This document shows positions 1 to 11,866 of a DNA stretch of 64,000 nt, piece by piece. The notes below the pieces were generated by a model that saw only the letters and a program-made list of their open reading frames with translations, had not been told where the DNA came from and made no database searches. The DNA lies in the NCBI RefSeq assembly GCF_006345805.1, contig NC_043012.1, positions 3,596,001-3,660,000 of the forward strand, written 5' to 3'. The first letter of the stretch is position 1. Each line of letters begins with the position of its first letter. The stretch comes from Octopus sinensis. Lineage: Eukaryota. The position numbers and the translations under genes were made by a program.

Positions 1-25
1 TATGAGTTTGTGTGTTGAAGCATAA

Positions 26-293
26 TCTGTTGTGTCTGGGGAGAGTCATTTTCTTTTTGTGCCTTATAATGTAACACACTCACCGGTAAAATTTCCACTT
101 ATTTCTTATTTTTATTTTCCTAAATCTTTCGTTGCGTCTTGCAACCTTTTCAATAGTCTTGACTATTGAAAAGGTTGCAAGACGCAACGAAAATTTTAGG
201 AAAATAAAAATAAGAAATAAGTGGAAATTTTACCGGTGAGTGTGTTACATTATAAGGCACAAAAAGAAAATGACTCTCCCCAGACACAACAGA
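26..293. repeat. Long near-perfect inverted repeat (~133-bp arms, 2-nt centre), probably a head-to-head pair of Penelope-like terminal repeats
   Basis: tctgttgtgtctgggg...caatagtc | tt | gactattg...ccccagacacaacaga. The arms are reverse complements except for one 2-nt mismatch (aaatcttt vs aaaatttt). Confidence 0.9.
163..199 (+). ncRNA. Hammerhead-like motif (type I minimal, U3-A8 variant)
   Basis: CTA-TTGAAAA-G-GTTGC(aagac)GCAAC-GAA-A-AT-T-T-TAG: stem I CTA/TAG, stem II 5 bp, palindromic AATT stem III. The core deviates from the CUGANGA consensus. Confidence 0.35.
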
Positions 294-852
294 ACAACTC
301 AATGTATTTAAAAGGATGTCTAAGACTAAATTAGGTAGACACATGACTCTGTAAGGAAAGGTAAAAAAAAAAAAAAAAGGACACTGTGGCTGGCCTGGCA
401 TACTTTTGATCATAGGTCTTCTCAAATCAGGGCCAACCGAGGACTAAATAACAACAGCATTCTAATGGGTTTGCAGGTAATTAATGGGAACCCTTGCTTC
501 AATGATAAAGTTTCCCTAGGGGTGAAACAGTTCGAAATAATTTATGCTGAATTGTTTCTAATCTCATTTCCTCCCCCCACAAATAACAGAAAGAAAAAAG
601 ATAAAAAGAATACCCCATTCCAGATTCCACCAACACCCCTGCTATAGCTTTCTTCTTGCCTCTCCACCTTCTCTATTATAAATAACAGGCATTTTTACCT
701 ACTTCCCTTTGTGCTGTCAAGGTTAGGCCACAGTTGACTAGTCAACCTTTATTTAGGGTTGCTTCAAATTTTTTTTGTACCTCATAGCCTTTTCCTATAC
801 AGTAATGATACAAACTAAACATGTGTTAGATAAATGAATTCAAATTTGTTGC

Positions 853-893
853 TATTATTATTATTATTATTATTATTATTATCATTATTATTA

Positions 894-929
<36 letters not shown>
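853..929. repeat. (TTA)n microsatellite
   Basis: Direct; it is the source of the poly-Leu ORF 834..1112. Confidence 0.95.
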
Positions 930-930
<1 letters not shown>

Positions 931-1110
931 GACAGCAAGCTGGGCAAAGTGCTCAGCAGCATCTCATCTGTCTTGATGTTCTGAGTTCAAATTCTGCTGA
1001 AGTTAACTTCATCTTTTATTCTTTCGGGGTTAATAAAAATAAGCCCCAGCTGAGTACTGAGGTCAATGTCACCAAGTGGCCTTTTTCCCCAAACTTGCTG
1101 GTATTGTGCT
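929..1110 (+). mobile_element. tRNA-derived SINE, OK-type (central ctttcatcctttcggggtcgataaaataagtaccag domain)
   Basis: gagctggcagaa...gttctgagttcaaattc B box plus the central domain. Siblings at ~1161-1372, 1400-1505, 2665-2800(-), 5820-5960, 29620-29815(-), 47810-48040(-) and 49520-49725(-). Confidence 0.8.
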
Positions 1111-1160
1111 AAAATTTAAAACTATCATCATCATCATCATCATTATTATTATTATTATTT

Positions 1161-1372
1161 AAGGCAACGAGCTGGCAGAATCGTTAGCATGCCGGATGAA
1201 ATGCTTAGCAGTATTTCATCAGCTGCTATGTTCTGAGTTCAAATTCTGTCGAGGTCGACACTGCCTTTCATCCTTTTGGGGTAGATTAAATAAGTACCAG
1301 TTACGCACTGGGTTCGATGTAATTGACTTAATCCCCACCCTCCAAGCAGCCCTTGTGGCAAAAATTTGAAAT
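1161..1372 (+). mobile_element. tRNA-derived SINE, OK-type
   Basis: aaggcaacgagctggcagaatcgttagc...gagttcaaattctgtcgaggtcgac...aagtaccagttacgcactggggttcgat. Confidence 0.85.
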
Positions 1373-1507
1373 CATCATCATCATCGTTATTATAATTATT
1401 ATGTCAAGCTTGCAGAATTGTTAGCGTGTCTGAGAAAATGTACACTGGCATTTCCTCTGGCTTTTATGTTCAAATTCTGCTCGGTTGACTTTGGTTTTCA
1501 TTCTTTC

Positions 1508-1670
1508 AGTGGCTGTGTGGTAAGTAGCTTGCTTACCCACCACATAGTTCCAGGTTCAGTCCCACTGTGTGGTACCTTGGGCAAGTGTCTTCTACTATAG
1601 CCTCGGGCCGACCAAAGCCTTGTGAGTGGATTTGGTAGACGGAAACTGAAAGAAGACCGTCGTATATATG

Positions 1671-1703
<33 letters not shown>

Positions 1704-1882
1704 TTGTGTGACTGTGTTTGTCTCCCCAACATCACTTGACAACCGATGCTGGTGTGTTTACGTCCCCGTAACTTAGCGGTTCGGCGAAAGACACCAATAG
1801 AATAAGTCCTGGGGTCGATTTGCTCGACTAAAGGCAGTGCTCCAGCATGAACACAGTCAAATGACTGAAACAAGTAAAAGAG
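1508..1882 (+). mobile_element. tRNA-derived SINE, OR-type (dominant family in the window)
   Basis: gtggctgtgtggtaagtagc A box, ggttcagtccc B box, ccttgggcaagtgtc CORE-like body, internal TA/TG tract, tail ggtgctccagcatg...gaaacaagtaaaaga. Confidence 0.9.
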
Positions 1883-2194
1883 AGAAAAAAAGAGAGTACA
1901 CCAATCAAGCGATGGGGTTGATGTAATTGATTAGCCCCCACCACCACTCTCAGAAATTCAGGCCTTATGCCTATAGTAGAAAGAATTATGATGATTATGA
2001 TGATGTTGACAAGCTTGCAGAATCGTTACATAAGTATGTCAAAGAAAATGCAGACTGGCATGGTTGGTGGTTCTGAGTTTAATACCATTGAATAACACCT
2101 TGGTTTGGATTGAAAATGATTGCTGAGTGGGATTTGACTGTTGGAGCTTCTCTGTGTGTGTGTGTGTGTGCGTGTGCGTGCACACGTGCGTGTG

Positions 2195-2410
2195 TGTTGT
2201 CATTTAATGTGTTTTCCATGCTAGCATGAGCTGGATGGTTTCACAGGAGCTAGCAAGTCAGAAGACTGTGCCAAGCTCTGCTATCTGCTTTGGCATGGTA
2301 TTACAGCTGGATGCCCTTCCTAAAGCCAACCATTTTACAGAGTGGACTGGGTGCTTTTTATGTGGCACCAACATCAGTGAGTTCACCAAATAATTCACAA
2401 GACAAGACCC
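2195..2410 (-). mobile_element. RTE LINE 3' UTR fragment (5'-truncated, diverged)
   Basis: Reverse complement of the catgctagcatgg / ggaagggcatccagctgta 3' end, which is joined to an RTE ORF C-terminus at 14450-14880. Confidence 0.75.
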
Positions 2411-4499
2411 TCCAGATGAGGATGGTGGCGAGAGTAGTATGAGTGTGTATACATAGGAGTAGGTATGGCTGTATGGGTCAAAAGCTCACTTTTCAGCCAA
2501 ACAGCTATGCTTGCACTTATGCACTTTTATTATGCCTGGAGCTAACAACAACTAAAGCAAAAAACAAAGAGTAGTTTATGGCTATGAAACGTTTACATTC
2601 TCTTGTCTTCTCTTATAATTCTTTTCACATTTAGGACACATTATAGCAATATAAACCAACCCCAGTACCTGACAGGTAATTTATTTTATCAGCTTCCCCA
2701 CCCCTGCCTCACCATCGCCACCACCAAATGATGAAAGGTAGAGTTGACCTCAACAGGATTTGAACTCAGAATGTAAAAGGCAGTAACGAAATACCACAAA
2801 GGTTTGTAAGTGTGGTTGTTATTGTTGCTGTTTAGCCCCAGGTAAACGATACATCTGGACTACATCCCTTCACTCTTTCTGTTTTTCTTATTCCTCAATA
2901 GGATGGGCAGTGAAAACGAGATTTGGCTGTTATTGCTAAATATCCTGATCAGATTAACCAAGTTATTCCAGCCATGACCATTGCAACTATTTATAATTCA
3001 GAAACTACATCATCCAATGTGACCAACCCATTTTTAAGACAGTAATATGTGATTTGAAGGAAATTTGATATATTGTTTTCAAGTAGGTTGAGCAACGATC
3101 CAGAGCCTCCCCTGATACTCACTTTTGTTGGCTTGACAATAGGCGTGCAGCTTTTAGAAGTAAATAACAAAAGAAAAAAGACATTAATTTCATGACTGAT
3201 ATCATGTGGGGTGGTATGCAGGGGGGAAGGTGTGGATATGGGGTTAAGAAGTTTGTTTTTCAAGTGTGTGGTTTTGGGTTCGATCCTGCTACGTGGCACT
3301 TGGACATGTATTTTCAACTAGATCAACCAATATTTTACAAGTGATGTTTGGTAGAGACAAATTATAAAAGAGCCCGTCATGCATAACAGGCTTTTGTAGA
3401 ATATGTGTGTGTGTGTGTGCACACGTTTATCTATCTATCTATCTATCAAACCAATGAGGCATTCTTTATATAGCTGTGCTTGACATGATAGAAATAGAAG
3501 CAAAAAATCTCTCTCAAATCAAATGTGTGTGTGTGTGTATCTGTCTGTCTGTCTATCTGTCTAGTAAGCCAATTAGGGATTCTTTATATAGCTGTTTGAT
3601 CTGAGAGAAATAGAAGCAAAATCTACCTCAAATCATATGCTACTAGCTTAAAAAAGAATGGTTGTATTAGCTAATGTTGTCCAAATACACTGTTTGTACA
3701 AAGGATGGGACAGTTATGATTAGATTAAAATAGGCCTGCTGTATCAAGGCTGATCTGGGGCTAAATGAAAACAAGAGAAAAAACAACACATTGGCTAAAG
3801 AATGAAAATCCCATTTTTTTCCACTGTGAGCAGAAGTTTTCTAAATGATCTAAAGGTATGCAACACACCTGAAAATGATAAGTGACACTACATCCAATTA
3901 ATCTTTCACATGTTAGACTGTTAAAAAGTTGTGAATTCCAGCAGAAGGTATCTGCTTATCTAATATTTGTTTGATATTCGTTTCTCAAATATCAGCCCCA
4001 TTATACAAATAAACAAAATAGTTAAAGAAACTTTACAAAAATCCACTGTTAAAAATTAATTAGAATACCAAAGCAGTTTACACGTCTAAGAAATAATTTC
4101 TAGTTCAGTAGTACTTTTCCATGCTGGAACAGACAAGATAATTCTTCTTGGAGTAATTCTTTTTACAGGTACACATTCTACCTATCACAAACTAAACAGC
4201 CTAGAAGAAATGGGGTCAAAATTCTTGTCAGTCAGGATAACTGAGGCAGGCAGAGTTATTTAGGATAATCTATTGTATAACAAACTATTGACAGAATTTC
4301 TACATAGTTTACACATACACACATATACATACAGGTGTGTATGTGTATGAATATGTATATAGATATATATATATATATGCGTGTCTGTGTGTGTGTATAT
4401 ATATATATATATTAACAATTGAGGATAAAATCTTTAAAAGAAATTATCAGTAGTCAGCGTGTTGGTATCTACGAATAGTAGTACCCTCAATATAATATT

Positions 4500-4550
4500 A
4501 TATATATATATATATATATATGTAGAGAGAGAGAAAGATATGAATATGTA

Positions 4551-4619
<69 letters not shown>

Positions 4620-4915
4620 CCCACACACACACACACACACAGCATCTGACAACTGGTGTTGATGTGTTTGGCAAAAGAGACTGGCAGAATAAGTATCAAG
4701 CTTAAAAGATAAGTACTGGGGTCAATTTATTCAACTAAAAACATTTCAAGGCGGTGCCCCAGCAAGGCCACAGTCTAATGACTGAGACAGGTAAAGAATA
4801 GAAGATACGTGTATATCCATATATATATATTTCAAATTTACAGAAAACAAAAGATGAAGACAGACGAGGGAATAACAAGCAGGTGTGTTAGTTTGATGCT
4901 CAAGAAGAATGGAAA

Positions 4916-4991
<76 letters not shown>

Positions 4992-5105
4992 GTAACTACA
5001 TATATGTACATGTGTATGTATATACATATATTATGTGTGTATGTGTGCGTGCATACATACATACATATATATATACATATATATGTGTGTGTGAGTGTGT
5101 GTGTG
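4500..5105. repeat. Compound (TA)n/(TG)n/(CA)n microsatellite field containing an OR-SINE 3' half (~4640-4800, +) and a Penelope-like repeat fragment (~4832-4916, -)
   Basis: Direct. The 4832-4916 reverse complement (ttccattcttcttgagcatcaaactaacacacctgc) resembles 63480-63515. Confidence 0.8.
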
Positions 5106-5420
5106 CAGTGTTGATGAACCCATGGTAGTGACATGCAAGATGTCAACTGAATCAATCTTGAGTAGAGATTATTCAATAACCACAATTGATTCTACCAAGT
5201 GATAAACACAGTGTTGCATGTTAAAGTGAAGTCATCATATGAAACAGTTATCCGTATAACAAACGACCATAACTCTTAACCAGCTTTTTGTGAAAAGGCA
5301 AATCACAATAGCAAATTAACACATTAAATCTGTCAATAATGCATTATATATTACACTTAGAAAGCTATTAAAGGTAAAAGAGAAGGAAAAATAATAATGT
5401 TTGTAAATAAGCTTGCTTAC

Positions 5421-5484
5421 TCTCGGCCAGATCCAATTTTCCTTTTTCTTGCCACTTTACCACTGTCTGGAGTTCCAGTAGAGC
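5421..5484 (-). CDS. Internal coding exon (64 nt) of the minus-strand gene; phase 0 reading ALLELQTVVKWQEKGKLDLAE(+A)
   Basis: Acceptor ttgtcttcggttttag|G, donor GAGA|gtaagc. Open in the phase-0 frame and also in the phase-1 frame (GSTGTPDSGKVARKRKIGSGR). Confidence 0.72.
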
Positions 5485-6027
5485 CTAAAACCGAAGACAA
5501 AGCAGAAAGAAAAATCACATGTTATATTTTGTCAAATTAATGAAGCTAATTCATAATAAAAATGTAAGAAAAAATTATCAGGTAGCTTTTTTAGTTACCT
5601 GTTGTGATAAAAACTATCAACTGATGTACAATTATGCAGTGAACTTTCCTACTGTTACTATAATCATCTCTGCTCTTGAGAATTAGCTAGTTGCATATCC
5701 CATTGACTGAATACACTGCATTTGATGGCACAAAAACTGCAGGGGCATATTAGATGCACCCTAATTTCAGCACACATATTCAGGAAAAAAGATTTCAAGG
5801 CATTAAAGAATGCAATACGGGTCCAACAGCATTTTGTCTGCCTTGACATTCTGAGTTCAAATGCTAATGAGGTTGACTTTGTCTTTCAACATTTTGGAGT
5901 CAATAAAATCAACTGCCCCTCCCCCACCAAATTTCAGGCCTTGTGCCTATAGTAGAAAGGATTTACAGTACTCATAACTCTTCTCTTAGGCTTCCTGCAC
6001 AAACCACTCTTCCCTGAGTTTCCTCAC

Positions 6028-6092
6028 CCAAACAGCATCCCTCCGGAATTTTTTGTCGATAGTTCTCCTGCATTCAAATCGCACATTACCAT
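6028..6092 (-). CDS. Internal coding exon (65 nt) of the minus-strand gene; (D)GNVRFECRRTIDKKFRRDAVW
   Basis: Acceptor tcttcctattttaaag|AT, donor TGG|gtgagg. Accepts phase 1 from exon 1 and exits in phase 0; GC/CpG-richer than the flanking intron. Confidence 0.65.
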
Positions 6093-7365
6093 CTTTAAAA
6101 TAGGAAGACCATATCTGATACTGTAATCATAGATATTTCTAAAAAGACAAGAATACCTGTGATCACAGGTCTGTTTAATCAGAACTGATCAGTGGGCTAG
6201 ACAACAAATCTACGAGAGGGTTTTTTTTTTTTTTTTTTTTTCAAGAGTAGCTGGATGTCTCTCCCTTGACAAACCACTCAACTGTGAAGTAAAAATGTAA
6301 AAAATGGATCCCCAGTGGGCTGAAGAAAAGTAGAGGACCTTATTTTGCAGAATCAATAGATTAAATTGTATAGTGAGGATGGGGATATTATTCAAAAGGA
6401 AATAGAATCCATTGGGAACATGGTGTTTTTATTTCTTTGTATTTTATATCTTTTAGTACAGGAACCCTTATGTTAAAAGGGGGAACTATAATTTACTGAC
6501 TGACTGACTGACTGGCAGTATATAATTGGTACAGATTTTATAGACGTTGCAGGGATAGAATGCAAGTTTATTCCTTGGCAAGATTTTTAAATGAAAAACA
6601 GTAAAACACCAAACCTTTGGGGGAACTATAAAGCTTTAATACTGTTCTGTTATTCTGTTTATGCCAGCTAAGATCAGACTTCCTCCATGCAACTAAACAA
6701 TATTGTGCTTAGACAGCATAAAAAAAAATCAACAGTTACAAAATAATTATAAAACAAAAAAAGAACAAAACAACCAAAACAGTGTAAAGAAAATCTAAAT
6801 TAGATTAGCAGATAAAAATCTGAGTAGAAAAAACTTTAGATATTTTAAAGATTCATGCTGTCTGCTAGAACTCTCCATCATCTGAATTATCAACACAGGA
6901 GCAGTAAATCATTATTGTATGTAGTATTTATAACTTTTAACATACATAATACAACCACCAGGGAGAGTTGAAAAGAGCTACTATTTTTAACAAACAACAC
7001 AAATTCTTGACTTCTTTTCTTTTTTTTTTTTTTTTGGTTAATGATGTTTATGAGGGGCAAGAATTAACAGTAGATTACTGACACTATTAGAAATATAGAG
7101 TTATCTTTTATCTCGTTTTGGCATTTCTGTTCATGTTTCTATCTCAGAGCAGATTAGAAAAAGGCCAGACTGCAAGATATTCTATGTCTATTTTGCTATC
7201 TCATCTCACATGAAATTCTAAAAGTTTTAAAACCAGACATACTAAAGATATCGTATGATAACACACAATAATCGTGGGAACAAAGATTATGAAGGAAAAG
7301 AACAAGAGAATACCCTGCCTCTAGCCATAGAATAAATAGATTGTTTGTTTATCCTAAACTTTTAG

Positions 7366-7400
<35 letters not shown>

Positions 7401-7403
<3 letters not shown>

Positions 7404-8145
7404 TCATCATCGTTTAACGTCCGTTCTCCATGCTAGCATGGGTTGGACGGTTCGACCGGGGTTCTGGGAAGCCAGAAGGCTGCACCAGGCTCCAGTCTAA
7501 TCTGGCAATGTTTCTACAGCTGGATGCCCTTCCTAACGCCAACCACTCCATGAGTGTAGTGGGTGCTTTTTACGTGCCACCTGCACAGGTGCCAGGCGAG
7601 GCTGGCAATGGCCACGGTCAGATTGGTGTATTTTATGTGCCACCGGCACGGAAGCCAGTCGAGGCGGTGCTGGCATCGGCCACGAGTCGGATAGTGCTTT
7701 TTACGTACCACCAGACCAGGGATCCTGGCTGGTTCAATTCGATTTCGATTTTGATTTCGCTTGCCCCAACATGTCTTCACAAGCAAAGGGGGTTGGCATG
7801 GGTGCCTGTCGTACGGTCGCATTGGAGTATTTTACGTGCCACGGCCACGAGTCGGATAGTGCTTTTTACGTACCACCAGACCAGGGATCCTGGCTGGTTC
7901 AATTCGATTTTGATTTCGCTTGCCCCAACATGTCTTCACAAGCAAAGGGGGTTGGCATGGGTGCCTGTCGTACGGTCGCATTGGAGTATTTTACGTGCCA
8001 CGGCCACGAGTCGGATAGTGCTTTTTATGTACCACCAGGCCAGGGATCCTGGCTGGTTCAATTCGGTTTCGATTTCGATTTCGCTTGCCCCAACATATCT
8101 TCGCAAGCATGGGGGGTTGGCATGGGTGTCTGTCGTCGGATCGAC
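7401..8145 (-). mobile_element. RTE LINE 3' UTR with an internal ~160-bp triplication
   Basis: Starts at the reverse complement of the (GAT)n tail (catcatcatcgtttaacgtcc). Units at 7677-7841, 7842-8000 and 8001-~8145. Confidence 0.88.
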
Positions 8146-9659
8146 TTATATATATATAATACACACACAGACATATATATATATTTTTTCCGATGGCCGA
8201 ATAACTGAATGGCCGAATAACTGGCGGCGTGGATTTCCACCCCGACATCTGAAACTCAGAGTTTTACCATGGCTACTGAATAATTGTCACATATTACATT
8301 TACAGATATATATATATATATATATATATAATACACACACACACACTCATATATATATAATACACACACACACACACTCATATATATATAATACACACAC
8401 ACACACACATATATGTGTGTGTGTGTGTAAAATATATACACATGCAAAACAGAAAGGAAAATAACAAATCTTGAAAAGTATGAAAAATTGTATTTGTGAC
8501 TGTTGTTGCCAAAATGTTGGATATCTAGGGACTAAAACTGTGTAAAATTCTTAAACTAGGAAAAGTTAGACTTAATCTGAACATGTAGATAACTAATTAG
8601 GAACATAAAGAGGAAGTTTCAACCCAGTGGCAAGAAGTTGTAAAGAAAAATATGACAAGTAGTCTTAGATAGTAGTTTGCAACGTATTGGCATTTCCTAG
8701 TTTTTCCGGCTATTTTGTGCAAATCTCTAGTGATTGTGATCATCCTAGTACATCCTGCTAGGAAGTGAAGAGAATGAGGAATCAAGTTTATTGCACTGAA
8801 TGATAGGCTGGTTCTTAAAACTCCTACAGTAATCAAATAAAATTAATAAAAATTTAAATTTGTTAAAAATCTGGGCTCACATAAGAGGCAGGAACAGTGC
8901 TTATCGCTTTTAAAACTACATTGAGAAATTTATTATGACGCTACAGGTTCAAATCAAACAACTAGGATATAAAACTTAATTTACTTAGTTAAAACCTATA
9001 ACAAGCACCATCACATTACAGGATGTGTTTTGGTTAGTTACGTAAATGTTTTAGTTTGCACAACAAACACCAACTTTGAAGAACAGAAGGAACCTACTCT
9101 CAAAATAAAGGGAACCTCTTACCAGGATTCTAGTCATGGCCAAATGAGACTAATAAAGAGGACAGTGTCCTAGTACAGTTGCACACAGTGGGTGGTACTG
9201 GTATTATATTAAATATACAGAAAAACAAATATTTAAAAAAAAAGTTAGTTTTTTCCATATTTTTAAGGGTTGGATAGTTCAGCAAATGATATTTTTCTAA
9301 GAATGATGGAAGTAGTCTCAAAGTTCATGAATCTAAAAGATAGAGCTTCTTGTTTACCACCCCACACAGCTTAGCTCTAGCTATGGTAATTCTGTCTTTT
9401 TGGTTTTCTATGATTACACTGCCTTGTCCAATGTGTCAGTATTCCCTATTTTGAAGAGTAAGGTGTGACTTTTCAAGGAGATTTGGCTGTTATTTCCATC
9501 ATGTAAAGCAACTGCCTAGTAGCTGCCAAATTGTAGGTTCTAATGGGTGTGAACTTACCACCAAAATGTAAGTACCAGTCTGATACCACTGAGTACACTG
9601 TGTATATGTAGGCAGAGATGGAATAGAATAGGTGGGTCTCAGTGAAAATGAAGGGACAT

Positions 9660-9820
9660 TAACTCTAGCATTTAAACCAACCAAAATATTCTACCTGTTT
9701 TATGTTCAAACTGGCGAGATTCAGTATCTCATAACTACAAAATAATGAATGATTAATTCAAAACAATGTGAATAAATAAGCCATACAAATGACAGAGTAA
9801 TGTGAATGCTAAAGGGTCAG
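9660..9820. mobile_element. Degraded TTAA/CCCTTT-ended MITE (piggyBac-like)
   Basis: aactctagcattt...aatgctaaagggtca; the body is shared with 10188-10379 and 10384-10901. Confidence 0.6.
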
Positions 9821-9909
9821 GCGAGATGACAAAGGTCCAAGATGCCTGGCTCCTTGCTGTACTCAAGGAGACCCATACTCTTGCAGCAGAAGTGTTAGGA
9901 CTGCTCCCT

Positions 9910-10170
9910 CTGGTGGCGTAAAGCACTCTTAGCAGTGTCACATAAAAGCACCCGTGCGGTGCCATATAAAAGTGCCTGTGCAGTGCTATGTAAAAACACC
10001 CAGTACACTCTGTAAAGTGGCTGGCACTAGCAAGGGCATCCAGCTGTAGAAACCATGCCAAATCAGACTGGAGTTTGGTGCAGCTCCCTGGCTTGCCAGC
10101 CCTGGTCAAACTATCCGACCCATGCTAGCATGGATAACTGACATTAAACAATGGTGACAATGATGATGAA
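9910..10170 (+). mobile_element. RTE LINE 3' UTR fragment
   Basis: cataaaagcac subrepeats, gggcatccagctgtagaaac, catgctagcatgg, gatgatga tail. Confidence 0.85.
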
Positions 10171-10187
10171 TGAAGCCAAAGCGATAG

Positions 10188-10379
10188 ACCCTTTTGCATT
10201 TAAACCAGCCATATCCGGCCCAAATATTCCACCATGTTTTATATTCAAGCCAGCCTCTCACACTTACCCTACAATGTCATTCTGAAAACAAACACATCAT
10301 CAAAATCCTGAAGCTTCAAGGTAATGCACGATTAATTCAAAACAATATGAATAAATAAATAAACATTACATTTGACAGG
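10188..10379. mobile_element. Truncated TTAA-type MITE, opposite orientation to 10384-10901
   Basis: cccttttgcatttaaaccagcc...ttacatttgacagg, interrupted where the next copy begins. Confidence 0.6.
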
Positions 10380-10383
10380 TTAA

Positions 10384-10901
10384 CCCTTTAGCATTTGGAT
10401 TACTATCCTGTCAAATGTAACGCTTATTTCTTCAATCATCATCATTTAACGTCCACCTACCATGCTGGCATGAGTTGGGTGATTTGACAGGAGCCTGTCC
10501 AGGCAGATGGCTACACCAGACATCTGTCTGTTTGGCATGGTTTATCTTGTAGCTTCATGATTTTGACGATAAATTTTTGCTTACTTTTAGAATGACATTG
10601 TAGAGTAAGTGTAAGAGGTTGGATTTGGTCAGTTTGAACATAAAACTGGTAGAATATTTTGGTTAGATATGACCAGTTTAACCCTTTCGTTACTGTATTT
10701 GGTTTTTGATGCTCTGTTTCTTTCAATTAATTTTAAATATAACAAAGAATTTAGAAAAATGACTTAGTGTTAGGAACATAAATTGTGACTAAGGTTTGGT
10801 GGAAGATTTTAATTCAAAAGTTATGAAAACAAGACATTTGTACTACAGAGTCAGAGCTGGTTTAGGCCAGGTTGGTAACAAAAGGGTTAAATGCTAAGGA
10901 G
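10384..10901. mobile_element. Non-autonomous piggyBac-like MITE (TTAA|CCCTTTAGCATTT...AATGCTAAGGAG|TTAA) hosting two nested insertions
   Basis: TTAA at 10380-83 and 10902-05; carries an RTE tail (~10435-10555) and a second MITE. Confidence 0.7.
10682..10886. mobile_element. Second TTAA-type MITE nested in the first (CCCTTTCGTTAC...GTAACAAAAGGG)
   Basis: TTAA target duplication at 10678-81 and 10887-90; a sibling right end lies at ~61000-61185. Confidence 0.78.
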
Positions 10902-11178
10902 TTAAGTTAGGTTGACAGAGGATGGAAAGAGCTATCAAATTTCACCAAATTTTTATACTGGAGTTAATGAATTAGTTGTGGCCATTGTTTACTTTGATGA
11001 ATAACAAAATGTTTTTTTCTTCTTTACATTATTTCTCAGAACACAGAAGAATCTGGCATGGATCACTACTGTTGAATGACATGCCACCCCTGGGTAATAT
11101 ATGTATGTTATTCTAGAATTACTTTGATCAGGGCTCATTTGTGATTAAACAACATTGACAAAAACTCCTATTTATCTA

Positions 11179-11361
11179 TTCTTTTACTTGTTTCAGCCAT
11201 TTGATTTTGGCCATGCTGAAGCACCATCTTGAGGGGTTTTAGCCAAGCAAATTGACCCCAGGACTTTTCTTAAAGCCTAATACTTATTCTATCAGTCCCT
11301 CTTGCTGAACCACCAAGTTACAGGAATGTAAACACACCAACACTGGCTGTCAGACACAAAC

Positions 11362-11414
<53 letters not shown>

Positions 11415-11566
11415 GCTTCTTTTAGTTTCCACCTATCAAATCCACTCACAAGGCTTTGGTTGGCCTGAAGTTATAGTAGAAGAACTCGCCCAAGGTGCCA
11501 CACAGTGGGACTGAACCTGGAACCAAGTGGTAGGGAAGCAAGCTTCTTACTACGCAGCCATACCTG
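11179..11566 (-). mobile_element. OR-type SINE
   Basis: Reverse complement of the full head, body and tail. Confidence 0.88.
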
Positions 11567-11693
11567 CTTAACAAATCTTTGAATATTTCCACTCCAAGTC
11601 AGAGACAGCACTAGATTTCTCACTCTAACACCAGAAAAAAAACAAAAACAAACCATTTATTTTTGAACAACTTTTTAAACAGAAACATAAAAC

Positions 11694-11815
11694 ATTATTT
11701 ACATTTGATGGATATTTGTCCTTATCTTGTTTGTTGTTAACGCAATATTTTGGCTGATATACCCTCCAGCCTACATCAAGTGTCTTGGGGAAATTTCAAA
11801 CCTGGGTTCTCATTC
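11694..11815 (-). mobile_element. Inverted partial 3' copy of the hammerhead-bearing SINE
   Basis: Reverse complement of gaatgagaacccagg...gacacttgatgtaggctgg...gttaacaacaaac...aatgtaaataat, directly upstream of the + copy. Confidence 0.85.
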
Positions 11816-11835
11816 GTTATTATTATCATTATTAA

Positions 11836-11864
<29 letters not shown>

Positions 11865-11866
<2 letters not shown>

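Noticed and set aside
3800-3871. Minus-strand acceptor (tcattttcag|GTGTG) as exon 4 of the minus-strand gene
   Set aside because: There is no downstream donor before a stop in the phase-1 frame.
4434-5185. [12 protein letters not shown] ORFs (also at 8256-8447, 21280-21665, 40246-40866, 53632-53941 and 61619-62408)
   Set aside because: They are translations of dinucleotide microsatellites.
7430-8464. 344-aa ORF, the longest in the track
   Set aside because: It is antisense to an RTE 3' UTR, lengthened by a tandem triplication, and ends in TA/CA microsatellites; there is no protein-like content.
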